A program made the position numbers and the translations under genes. Shown piece by piece: positions 46,619 to 55,058 of a stretch of 55,058 nt of DNA (its first letter is position 1; each line of letters opens with the position of its first letter). Location of the stretch: positions 1 to 55,058 of the forward strand of contig JAFZDT010000139.1 in the NCBI GenBank assembly GCA_017561055.1, given 5' to 3'. Below the pieces are notes generated by a model. It ran no database searches. It was not told where the DNA came from and worked only from the letters and a program-made list of their open reading frames with translations. Source of the stretch: Erysipelotrichaceae bacterium. Lineage in GTDB: Bacteria > Bacillota_I > Bacilli_A > Erysipelotrichales > Erysipelotrichaceae.

Positions 46619-47212
46619 TAATGTTACTTCGACTTCTAGTGTTTCAATATATTCTGGTGTAAATTGACCATTGGTTAATTCTTGAATGCGTGTATCAATA
46701 GGTTCTTTACATAAGTATGTGAATGTTACTTTTTCATCATATTCCTTATCAATAATATCAACATCATCTTTTAGATGAAATTCCATTTTTCCAATTAAAT
46801 CATAACCAAATGAAATTTTATATTTATGACGAGTTTCAATATTAGTGAATGTTGCGACTTTAGTAGCTTCACTAACTGCTTTAGAATATGCACGAATTAA
46901 ACCACCAGCACCTAATTTGATGCCTCCAAAATAACGAACAACAACAGCAATACAATCTTCTACACCTATTTTCTTAAGTGTTTCTAAGATAGGAATACCA
47001 GCAGTGCCAGCAGGTTCTCCATTGTCATTGGATCGTTGAATACTATCTCCAATGATGTATGCATAACAATGATGTGTAGCATTAGGGTGTAGTTTTTTAA
47101 TAATTTGAAGATAGTCTTTCGCTTCTTGTTCACTAAAAACTCTTTCCATATAACAAATAAAACGAGATCGTTCTATTTCAATTGTATTTTCAACTTCCAT
47201 TTTTATACGCAT
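46607..47212 (-). CDS. yigZ: YigZ/IMPACT-family protein
   Basis: The UPF0029 pattern is SRFICY ... ATHHCYAY ... DDGEPAGTAG-like (NDNGEPAGTAGIPIL). Confidence 0.85.
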   Translation of the reverse strand: MRIKMEVENTIEIERSRFICYMERVFSEQEAKDYLQIIKKLHPNATHHCYAYIIGDSIQRSNDNGEPAGTAGIPILETLKKIGVEDCIAVVVRYFGGIKLGAGGLIRAYSKAVSEATKVATFTNIETRHKYKISFGYDLIGKMEFHLKDDVDIIDKEYDEKVTFTYLCKEPIDTRIQELTNGQFTPEYIETLEVEVTLKEA

Positions 47213-47310
47213 ATAATCACCTATAGGTATTATACCTTTTTCTGTTAGTGAAAGAGAAGAAAAATTAGGATATAATAAAAATATAATTTCATGTGTAAGG
47301 AGGGTTTAAT

Positions 47311-48855
47311 ATGTATACTGAAGAAAAAATGACAGTATCTAAATTTTTGGCTAATTATGTATCAAAATTTAGTGTAATTCTATTTCTTGGAATAGGTTTT
47401 TATTTCTATTTTATTTTCCGTACATTTGATATGTTTCCATTGATTTGGAATGTATATGTGTTATGTGGTGTTTTAGCGATAACTTTACTATTGGCATTAT
47501 TGTGCTTTTTACCAAAAGTACCTAAAACAGTAAAAATAGTTACAATGGTATTTGCGATACTATTTAGTGGTGGTTTAGGATATGCGAGTTGGTATTTGCC
47601 ACACATTCGTTCAAAAATAGAAAAGGCATTTGCGGAAGTTCCGTTGATTGGTGAGGCGGAAATCAATTTCTATGTTCTTAAGAACGAATATAAATCAGAG
47701 CCTACCGGTGTAACAACACCCGTTCATTTAGAAGATTATAAGGATAAGAAATTTATTCTTCAAAAAAGTACAGATTTGGAAAATCAAGAATATGCAATGT
47801 TAGTTGCGAACCGTGAATTGTATAGTAATGGTGTTCAAACAGTAACATCTGAAAGTATTTTTGATGCTGTAGATGCATTATATGCCCAAACTGGTGATGT
47901 TATGATTATGAATGCTTCCTATATACCAATGATTGAAGAAATTACTGGATATGAAGATTTTTTAGATCGAGTAGAAGTGGTTTATACAGTATATAAGAAA
48001 TTGCAGTTGAGTAATGAGGCGGATAAGGTGGATGTTACAACAAAACCGTTTAATGTCATGATTGTTGGCAGCGATAAATGGGGTGATACTGTTTTAACAA
48101 CTGGTAGAACGGATGTTAATATGATAGCAAGTGTCAACCCTATTACTAAGCAAATTTCTTTCATTTCCATTCCTAGAGATGCGTATGTACCAAATGCGTG
48201 TTTGTATAATAATTATGATAAATTAACGCATGCAGGTGTGTATGGGATTAAATGTACAGAGGAAACTATTGAAAATTATTTGGGTATTGACATTAACTAT
48301 TATGTTGTAGTTAATTTTAGTTCTCTTGTGAAAATTGTGGATGCCTTAGGTGGTGTTAATATTGATAATCCATATGCATTCACAACGGATAGTACAACCA
48401 CTTTTAAAGGAACATTTGAAAAAGGCAACATTTATTTAGATGGTAACAAAGCTTTAGCTTATGTGCGTGAGCGCAAGAGTTTAGAAAATGGTGATTATGC
48501 TAGAGGTGAACATCAAACAATTGTTATTAAGGCTTTGCTTGAAAAGTTAACGGAAGCTTCTGTGATTACACGAATTGATAAATTGTTGGAATCATTGAAT
48601 GGAACTTTCGCTACTAATATTTCTATGGAAGAAATTTATGCATTAGCACAAATGCAATTAGATGATATGGCGTTATGGAATATCAATATGTATGCTTTAA
48701 CTGGAACTGATGGATTGGAAGTTGTAGCTTCATTAGATGCTGCGAATACGTATAGCGTAGTATATTTAAAAGATACACAAGTTGCATATGTGAAAGAAAT
48801 TATCAAGCAAATTATGAATGGAGAAATTTTAAATCAAGGAAACTTGCCTGAATAG
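47311..48855 (+). CDS. LCP (LytR-CpsA-Psr) family protein, copy 1
   Basis: N-terminal TM helices are followed by an LCP core (TDVNMIASVNP ... ISIPRD ... LAYVRERKSL..GDY.RGEHQ). Confidence 0.88.
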   Translation: MYTEEKMTVSKFLANYVSKFSVILFLGIGFYFYFIFRTFDMFPLIWNVYVLCGVLAITLLLALLCFLPKVPKTVKIVTMVFAILFSGGLGYASWYLPHIRSKIEKAFAEVPLIGEAEINFYVLKNEYKSEPTGVTTPVHLEDYKDKKFILQKSTDLENQEYAMLVANRELYSNGVQTVTSESIFDAVDALYAQTGDVMIMNASYIPMIEEITGYEDFLDRVEVVYTVYKKLQLSNEADKVDVTTKPFNVMIVGSDKWGDTVLTTGRTDVNMIASVNPITKQISFISIPRDAYVPNACLYNNYDKLTHAGVYGIKCTEETIENYLGIDINYYVVVNFSSLVKIVDALGGVNIDNPYAFTTDSTTTFKGTFEKGNIYLDGNKALAYVRERKSLENGDYARGEHQTIVIKALLEKLTEASVITRIDKLLESLNGTFATNISMEEIYALAQMQLDDMALWNINMYALTGTDGLEVVASLDAANTYSVVYLKDTQVAYVKEIIKQIMNGEILNQGNLPE

Positions 48856-48882
48856 AAAGACTTCTTAATTGAGGTCTTTTTT
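48856..48882 (+). terminator. Intrinsic terminator between the LCP paralogues
   Basis: AAAGACTTC pairs with GAGGTCTTT (9 bp including one G-U), and the 3' arm runs into a T-run. Confidence 0.7.
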
Positions 48883-48931
48883 AATGCAATAATTTGTGGT
48901 AGTATTCTAATGATTGAAATGGAGTGAGAAA

Positions 48932-50494
48932 ATGAAAAAGGAAAATAAAGTCGCAAATTTCTTTGCGAAATATATATCAAGAATTGTATTTCTTGTATTA
49001 GTAGGTTTAGCAGTTTATTTCTATCAAGTATTTAAAACATTTGATATGTTTCCAGCAGAATGGGGACAATGGTTATTATATGGTTTGATTGGTGTAACTG
49101 CGGTAATGGGGCTAATTTGTTTCTTCCCTAAATTGCCAAATCTTACTCGAATCTTATCTATGATTTTAAATATTTTATTATGTATTTGTTTAGGATTGGC
49201 AAGTTGGTATTTGCCACATGTTCGTGCACAAATTGAAAAAGCGTTTACTGATATTCCGACTGAAGGTGAAGCAGAAATTAATTTCTATGTATTAAAAGAT
49301 GAATATAAACCTTTGAATGAAGACGGAACAGTTAAGATTGGAATTTCTGGAGAAACTTTAGAAGATTATAAAGATGGCTCTTTCTTAGTACAAGAAACAA
49401 TTGATATTGAAAATCAAGAATATGCAATGTTAGTTGCGAATAGAGAGTTAGAAAACTATGGTTTAACTGAAATGCCTACTGCGGATATTTTCGTTGCTGT
49501 TGATGAATTATATGCTGGAAATGGTGATGTATTAGTTATGAACTCATCTTATGTTCCAATGATTGAAGATATCACAGGTTATGATGATTTTTTAGAAAAA
49601 GTAGATGTCGTTTATACTGTTTATAAAAAATTGCAAATTATACCTTCTGAGGCTACTAAAGTCGATGTAACAACTAAACCTTTTAATATCTTAATTTTAG
49701 GTACAGATAAATGGGGTGGAGATGTAAATGTTTGGGGTAGAAAAGATGTAAACATTATTGCTACAATCAACCCAACAACAAAACAAGTTTCTTTCACTAG
49801 TATTCCTCGTGACTCTTATTTACCAAATGCTTGTTATTATGATCAGAAAGATAAGTTAACTCATACAGGTATTTATGGAAATGGTGTTAACTGTACACAA
49901 GCGACTATTGAAAATTATTTTGGTATTGATATTAACTATTATGTTGTATTGAACTTTAGTTCAATAGTTAAAATTATCGATGCGATTGGTGGTTTAGATG
50001 TGTATAATCCATATACATTTACAGCAAAGAGTATTTCTAGTTATAAAGGTACTTTTGAACAAGGTGATCTTCATTTATCTGGTGTTCAAGCTTTAGCCTA
50101 TGTTCGTGAACGTAAATCTCTTAAAAATGGAGATGTTGGTCGTGGGGAACATCAAGCAATTGTCTTAGATGCTTTAATTGAACAATTAACACAGCCAGCA
50201 ATGATTACAAAGATTGATGATATTTTAAATGCAATTAGTGGTACATTTAAAACAAATATTAGTATGGATGAAATTTACGCATTGGCACAAATGCAGTTAG
50301 ATGATATGGCGATGTGGAATGTTATAATGTATTCTTTGGGTGGTACTGGTGGTATGGATTATTGTCCTGCTATGGGTATGACTAATAAGTACTATGTTTC
50401 TTATCCAAAGAAAAATCAAATTACGTTTGTTAAAGAAGTAATGAAACAAGTTGAAAATGGGGAAATCATTGAACAAGGAGCTTTACCAAATTAG
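48932..50494 (+). CDS. LCP (LytR-CpsA-Psr) family protein, copy 2
   Basis: It is a paralogue of the preceding gene and collinear along its full length. ATG 48932 follows SD GGAGTGAG. The track start is TTG 48914. Confidence 0.88.
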   Translation: MKKENKVANFFAKYISRIVFLVLVGLAVYFYQVFKTFDMFPAEWGQWLLYGLIGVTAVMGLICFFPKLPNLTRILSMILNILLCICLGLASWYLPHVRAQIEKAFTDIPTEGEAEINFYVLKDEYKPLNEDGTVKIGISGETLEDYKDGSFLVQETIDIENQEYAMLVANRELENYGLTEMPTADIFVAVDELYAGNGDVLVMNSSYVPMIEDITGYDDFLEKVDVVYTVYKKLQIIPSEATKVDVTTKPFNILILGTDKWGGDVNVWGRKDVNIIATINPTTKQVSFTSIPRDSYLPNACYYDQKDKLTHTGIYGNGVNCTQATIENYFGIDINYYVVLNFSSIVKIIDAIGGLDVYNPYTFTAKSISSYKGTFEQGDLHLSGVQALAYVRERKSLKNGDVGRGEHQAIVLDALIEQLTQPAMITKIDDILNAISGTFKTNISMDEIYALAQMQLDDMAMWNVIMYSLGGTGGMDYCPAMGMTNKYYVSYPKKNQITFVKEVMKQVENGEIIEQGALPN

Positions 50495-50523
50495 GATCTT
50501 AGTTATCTAAGATCCTTTTTTTA
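50493..50523 (+). terminator. Intrinsic terminator after LCP copy 2
   Basis: AGGATCTTAG pairs with CTAAGATCCT (10 bp, 4-nt loop), followed by T8. Confidence 0.88.
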
Positions 50524-50549
50524 TGAAAAAACGTTCCAGAAGGAACGTT
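50523..50549 (-). terminator. Intrinsic terminator of the deoxyribosyltransferase gene
   Basis: AACGTTCC (50530-50537) pairs with GGAACGTT (50542-50549). On the minus strand it is followed by T6. Confidence 0.75.
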
Positions 50550-51033
50550 ATTGTAAATTAAAATCTTTTGTAAAAGTATCAAATGCTTCTTCAAAACTAC
50601 GATAAATTGTAATGTTATTGGCGGTTAAGCATCCAACTAAATAAGAGTTAAAACCGATTGGACATTCTACACCGCTAGCACCATTACGTTGTAGACGAAG
50701 GTCTGTAAAGATTGGATATATTTTTAAATCTTTACCGTTCATATATTTTTCAATGGCATTTCCAAGTTCTACATATGTACCTGCATCGCCGCTAGCTAAT
50801 TCAAAGAAAAAGACATTTGCTTTATTTACGTGTTCATAATCGCCTAGAAAGATTTCTTTTGATGTTAAGATTTTTGTGTTATCAAATGGTAAATCAATTG
50901 GATTGGCTAGAAAATATTCTTTATTATTTCTTTCTAGTATTTCTACAAATTTGGCTCCTTCATATTTTCTTTGTTTAATATCTGCTTCTGTAAATAATGG
51001 TCCAGCATTGTAAATATAAATCATGTAAATCAC
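50548..51033 (-). CDS. Nucleoside 2-deoxyribosyltransferase family protein
   Basis: The N-terminus IYNAGPLFTEAD and an internal DAGTYVELG-type motif are typical of this family. Confidence 0.78.
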   Translation of the reverse strand: MIYMIYIYNAGPLFTEADIKQRKYEGAKFVEILERNNKEYFLANPIDLPFDNTKILTSKEIFLGDYEHVNKANVFFFELASGDAGTYVELGNAIEKYMNGKDLKIYPIFTDLRLQRNGASGVECPIGFNSYLVGCLTANNITIYRSFEEAFDTFTKDFNLQ

Positions 51034-51067
51034 CTCTTATCAAAAGTATAAAAAATATTTTCTAAAA

Positions 51068-52279
51068 TTGGTAGGAATTTTTATAAAATTTGGCGTATTT
51101 ATAAGTGTGAGGTATAAATGTCCAAGATGTAATAATGAAGATGTTCATATGTTTTATCATGGTAGTAAGGGGTGGTATTGTAGAAAATGTGTCTCGTTTC
51201 GTAGAGTGCTTGTTGAAGAAATCTTGAATACACAATTGGTTGAGTTACCATATGTGGATAGTGAGTACAAATTAGGCTTTTCCTTAACTAAAGAACAGTT
51301 AGATGTAAGTAAACAGATAGTAAGTTTGTTATTAGAAAGGAAAAGTGTATTAGTATCGGCTATTTGTGGGGCTGGAAAAACGGAATTGGTGTATGCGGCT
51401 ATGTCTATGTATTTAAAGCAAAGAAAACGGGTTGCCTTTGCGATTAGTCGTAGACAAGTAGTTTTACAAGTAGCGAAACGATTACAAAGAGATTTTTCAA
51501 ATTTAAAAGTAATTCCTGTATGTGAAGGATATACACAAATAGTGGATGGAGATTTAATTGTATGTACAACACATCAATTGTATCGATATACGCAAAGTTT
51601 TGATTTATTAATTATTGATGAGCCTGATGCTTATCCTTATGTTGGAAATGATATCTTACAAGCAATTGCTTTAAATAGTTGTAGAGGTGAAGTGGTATAT
51701 TTGAGTGCTACACCAGATGAGAATTTACTACAACAAGTCAAACTACAAAAATTGTATGAAGTTAAGTTATGTATTCGTCCAAGTAAACGACCATTAGCTA
51801 TGCCTATATGTATATATTTACCAAGTGTTATTGGTTATATCTATCTAGTAAATTGGATTTATCGATGTGTACAGAAAAAGCGTCAGTGTTTTGTGTTTTT
51901 GCCTACGATACGTAAAGTAATGTTGTGGAAATGGTTATTAAAGAAATGGTTTGAGGTAGATGCTATAACATCAAAAACGAATAATAAAGAAGAAATATTA
52001 CAAAGATTTGAGGATAAACAAATACAAGTGTTGTTATGTACAACGATTTTAGAAAGAGGAATTACTTTTGAAGGAATTGATGTAGTGGTAATGGAGTGTG
52101 AACATCGAGTATTTACTGAATCTTCGTTGATTCAAATTATGGGTAGAGTAGCTCGTGGAGTGAAAGATCCATCAGGAGAAGGAGTGTTTATTACAAAGAA
52201 GAAATGTCAAAAAATAGAAAATTGTATGGATTACATTCGTTTAAACAACGATATTGCCTTTGGTGTGGAAAAGATTTGA
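51068..52279 (+). CDS. comFA: Competence helicase ComFA (DEAD/DEAH-box)
   Basis: An N-terminal 4-Cys zinc ribbon (CPRC ... CRKC) is present. Walker A is CGAGKTE, with DEPD and TTILERGITF also present. The start is uncertain (TTG 51068 or GTG 51107). Confidence 0.85.
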   Translation: MVGIFIKFGVFISVRYKCPRCNNEDVHMFYHGSKGWYCRKCVSFRRVLVEEILNTQLVELPYVDSEYKLGFSLTKEQLDVSKQIVSLLLERKSVLVSAICGAGKTELVYAAMSMYLKQRKRVAFAISRRQVVLQVAKRLQRDFSNLKVIPVCEGYTQIVDGDLIVCTTHQLYRYTQSFDLLIIDEPDAYPYVGNDILQAIALNSCRGEVVYLSATPDENLLQQVKLQKLYEVKLCIRPSKRPLAMPICIYLPSVIGYIYLVNWIYRCVQKKRQCFVFLPTIRKVMLWKWLLKKWFEVDAITSKTNNKEEILQRFEDKQIQVLLCTTILERGITFEGIDVVVMECEHRVFTESSLIQIMGRVARGVKDPSGEGVFITKKKCQKIENCMDYIRLNNDIAFGVEKI

Positions 52280-52908
52280 AATTTGATCAAGGTCTTTTAC
52301 AGATGTTTATTACTAAAGATGTCATTTGTGATGTGTGTAGAGAAAAGATGGGTATTGTTGGTTGTACGTTTATTTTGGAAACTTTATCATGTGAAAGTAT
52401 ATATGTTTACGATGGTATCATGAAAGATATGCTTGTGCAATATAAAGAATTGATGGATGAGGCATTATTTCCATTGTTTTTATATCCCTTTATAACGTAT
52501 ATTCGTAAAAAATATCGTGGGTATACATTGGTGATAGCTCCAAGTAGTAATAGCGCATTGTCTAAACGAGGGTTTTCGCATGTGGAAAAGATGTTTAGTG
52601 TTTTAGGGATGAATATTATCACTCCTTTTGTGAAAGATGAAGTAGAGCAAAAACATAAATCACAGATAGAAAGAAAAGAAATCGAAAACCATATTCATTT
52701 AGTAGGAACATTACCAAACACTCCTTTGTTGTTGGTGGATGATATATGTACAACTGGAAGTACATTGTTAGCTATGTATCATCTAGTGCAAAATCATCCT
52801 TATCCTGTTAAGGCTTTTGTGTGTTGTTGCCATGCGAAATATGTCGAAATAAGGCGATGGAAAAAGTTTGTAGTTTGGCTTTGGTGGATTTATACTCAAG
52901 TTGTATAA
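52204..52908 (+). CDS. comFC: ComFC-type phosphoribosyltransferase-fold competence protein
   Basis: N-terminal CLWC ... CDVC and the PRT motif [14 protein letters not shown] are present. It overlaps the comFA 3' end. Confidence 0.85.
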   Translation: MSKNRKLYGLHSFKQRYCLWCGKDLKFDQGLLQMFITKDVICDVCREKMGIVGCTFILETLSCESIYVYDGIMKDMLVQYKELMDEALFPLFLYPFITYIRKKYRGYTLVIAPSSNSALSKRGFSHVEKMFSVLGMNIITPFVKDEVEQKHKSQIERKEIENHIHLVGTLPNTPLLLVDDICTTGSTLLAMYHLVQNHPYPVKAFVCCCHAKYVEIRRWKKFVVWLWWIYTQVV

Positions 52909-52924
52909 GGAAGGAGGTAATAAC

Positions 52925-53122
52925 GTGCAAGGTAAAGTTAAGTGGTTTAATGCAGAAAAGGGGTTTGGTTTCATCAATAAAGAAGATGGTAAGGATGTGT
53001 TTGTACATTACTCACAAATCCATGAGAATGGGTTTAAAACGCTTGAAGAAGGTCAACTTGTTCGCTTTGATGAGGTGAAGGTTGATAAGGGTTTTCAGGC
53101 GCACAATGTTGAGAAAATATAA
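52925..53122 (+). CDS. Cold-shock protein (CspA family)
   Basis: [16 protein letters not shown] and DVFVHYS are RNP1 and RNP2. GTG 52925 lies 7 nt after AGGAGG, so the track start 52901 is too early. Confidence 0.9.
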   Translation: MQGKVKWFNAEKGFGFINKEDGKDVFVHYSQIHENGFKTLEEGQLVRFDEVKVDKGFQAHNVEKI

Positions 53123-53204
53123 ATTGCAATAATAATTAATTGGATTTATAATGAAAAGGTACGATAAGATCGTCAAAAAGAAAGGTATAAGGGTTTTATT
53201 CGGT

Positions 53205-53402
53205 ATGCAAGGAAAAGTAAAAAAGTTTAACAAGGAAAAAGGATTCGGATTTATCACATTAGCTGATGGTAAAGATGTATTCTTCCACTATTCTCAATTA
53301 GTTATGGAAGGTTTCAAAACTATTGATGAAGGTGCAGAAGTTGAGTTCGAAATCGTAGAAACAGATCGTGGGCCTCAAGCTCATAATGTAGTTAAACTAT
53401 AA
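53205..53402 (+). CDS. Cold-shock protein (CspA family), second copy
   Basis: [17 protein letters not shown] and DVFFHYS are present. ATG 53205 is in frame with the track ORF. Confidence 0.9.
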   Translation: MQGKVKKFNKEKGFGFITLADGKDVFFHYSQLVMEGFKTIDEGAEVEFEIVETDRGPQAHNVVKL

Positions 53403-53418
53403 TTGGGACGTAACGAAA

Positions 53419-53447
53419 AGGGTTGAGGAATCAACCCTTTTTTTAAG
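53419..53447 (+). terminator. Intrinsic terminator after the csp pair
   Basis: AGGGTTGA pairs with TCAACCCT (8 bp) around a GGAA loop, followed by a T-run. Confidence 0.88.
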
Positions 53448-53541
53448 AATATGTAAAATTTTATGTGAAATGATAATCTTCACACGTTGTTCATAAATGT
53501 GTGTTATAATATACCGCGTGTTGCAAGGAAAGGATGATATT

Positions 53542-55058
53542 GTGGCAAGTTTTATCGATAAATTATTTAATGTTGATAAAAAAAGATTGGATGAAGTTAT
53601 TAAAAAGGCTCGTCCTGTAGAAAAGTATGCTGAACAAATGACCAATTTGTCAGATGAAGAATTAAAAGGGAAAACAACAGAATTTAAAGATCGTCTTGCG
53701 AAAGGTGAAACTTTAGATGATTTATTACCAGAAGCGTTTGCGACAGTTCGTGAAGCTGCGAAACGTGTAATTGGTGAATATCCATATTTTGTACAATTAC
53801 TTGGTGGTGTTGCTTTACACCAAGGTGATATTGCAGAAATGAAAACAGGGGAAGGGAAAACATTAACTTCTATTTTACCTGTATACTTAAATGCCTTAAC
53901 TGGTGAAGGTGTACACGTTGTAACTGTCAATGAATATTTGGCAGAACGTGATGCCAATTGGATGGGACAAATTCACCGTTTCTTAGGGTTAACTGTAGGT
54001 TTAAACTTACGTAAATTAACTCCTAGAGAAAAACGTGCTGCTTATGCATGTGACATTATGTATACAACAAACTCTGAATTAGGTTTCGATTATCTTCGTG
54101 ATAATATGGTAACTAATGTGAATGATCGTGTACAACGTAGTTTAAATTATGCATTAGTCGATGAAGTCGATTCTATTTTAATTGATGAATCTAGAACTCC
54201 ATTAATTATTTCTGGTGGTGAAAAGCAAACTGCAAACTTATATAAAGCGGCAGACCGTTTTGCGAAAAGTTGTAAAGAATTTAAACCAGCAGACGAAAAA
54301 GAAGAAGATTATTATGCTATGCATCCTGAAGAAAAGGATGGCGATTATGAAATTGATATTAAGAGCAAGACTGTTGTTTTAACAGAACGTGGTGTTGCGA
54401 AAGCGGAAAAAGCATTTAATATCACAAACCTATTTGATGTAGAGCATACACAATTGGTGCATCATATTAACCAAGCGTTGAAAGCTAATTACACAATGGC
54501 TAAGGATGTTGAATATATGGTTAAGAATGATACTGTTGTCATTATTGACCAAAATACAGGTCGTTTAATGGAGGGTCGTGTATTCTCTGATGGATTGCAT
54601 CAAGCTTTAGAAGCTAAAGAAAATGTGCGTATCAAACAAGAAACTACTACTTTAGCGACTATTACATATCAAAATTTCTTCCGTTTATATAAGAAATTAA
54701 GTGGTATGACAGGTACTGCTAAGACTGAGGAAGAAGAATTTACTTCAATCTATAACATGCGTGTTATTGAAATTCCTACAAACCGTCCTGTAGCTCGTCA
54801 AGATATGCCGGATGCAGTTTATGGTACAAAGAAAGCAAAATTCAATGCATTAATTGCGGAAGTTGAAGAATGTCAAAGAACAGGTCGCCCTGTATTAGTA
54901 GGTACAATTTCTGTAGAAACATCTGAATTCTTATCTAAAGTATTTACACAACGTCGCATCAAGCATGAAGTGTTAAATGCGAAAAACCATGAACGTGAAG
55001 CACATATTATTGAAAAAGCAGGTCGCAAGGGTGCGGTAACAATCGCAACTAACATGGC
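53542..55058 (+). CDS. secA: Preprotein translocase ATPase SecA (3' end beyond window; absent from the ORF track because it has no stop)
   Basis: My own translation from GTG 53542, after SD AAGGAAAGGA, gives [10 protein letters not shown] ... [35 protein letters not shown] ... [10 protein letters not shown] ... [11 protein letters not shown]. The frame stays open to 55058. Confidence 0.93.
   Translation, partial: MASFIDKLFNVDKKRLDEVIKKARPVEKYAEQMTNLSDEELKGKTTEFKDRLAKGETLDDLLPEAFATVREAAKRVIGEYPYFVQLLGGVALHQGDIAEMKTGEGKTLTSILPVYLNALTGEGVHVVTVNEYLAERDANWMGQIHRFLGLTVGLNLRKLTPREKRAAYACDIMYTTNSELGFDYLRDNMVTNVNDRVQRSLNYALVDEVDSILIDESRTPLIISGGEKQTANLYKAADRFAKSCKEFKPADEKEEDYYAMHPEEKDGDYEIDIKSKTVVLTERGVAKAEKAFNITNLFDVEHTQLVHHINQALKANYTMAKDVEYMVKNDTVVIIDQNTGRLMEGRVFSDGLHQALEAKENVRIKQETTTLATITYQNFFRLYKKLSGMTGTAKTEEEEFTSIYNMRVIEIPTNRPVARQDMPDAVYGTKKAKFNALIAEVEECQRTGRPVLVGTISVETSEFLSKVFTQRRIKHEVLNAKNHEREAHIIEKAGRKGAVTIATNM

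Noticed and set aside
52204-52279. A 76-nt overlap of comFA and comFC, as a possible programmed frameshift or fusion
   Set aside because: The comFC start is ambiguous (ATG 52204 or TTG 52222). Overlaps of this kind are common in comF operons, and no slippery sequence was noticed.

Overview
This is a 55-kb chromosomal window from a low-GC Bacillota genome. The Bacillota placement rests on Bacillus-like gene order (tatD, yabE-like, rnmV, rsmA, ispE, glmU, prs, and comFA, comFC ... secA). The protein sequences suggest an Erysipelotrichia-type Firmicute, but that is inference only because no database search was possible. All calls come from motif recognition in the supplied ORF track plus reading the DNA by eye.

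About 50 CDS are mostly housekeeping. They cover lysS, ald, two MATE exporters, galE/galM/galK, sbcDC, pncB-nadD-nadE, mnmE, addAB, two tandem LCP paralogues, comFA/comFC, two csp genes and the 5' part of secA. I saw no transposase, integrase, CRISPR array, tRNA or rRNA.

The stand-out locus is 2675-4396. It is an ORF-less unit of about 1.7 kb, bracketed by a near-consensus sigma-A promoter and a strong intrinsic terminator. Its + strand is about 75-78% purine. It is built from a module of about 142-145 nt repeated 11-12 times in tandem, in two alternating subtypes. The modules carry recurrent hairpins that show compensatory base changes between copies, and an 8-bp helix could pair the 5' and 3' ends. 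I do not recognise it as any known RNA family and propose it as a candidate new large modular ncRNA.

Secondary oddities:
- murB is interrupted by one in-frame TAA.
- A lone AlbA_2/Schlafen-like wHTH gene sits behind three 12-nt iterons.
- One protein has an acidic head and a (S/T)TAKK-repeat tail.
- Two gene fragments lie in a decay scar.
- The AddB homologue has no Walker A motif.
- Two convergent genes have their last four codons forming a perfect 12-bp inverted repeat.
- The LCP paralogues share patches of identical DNA.
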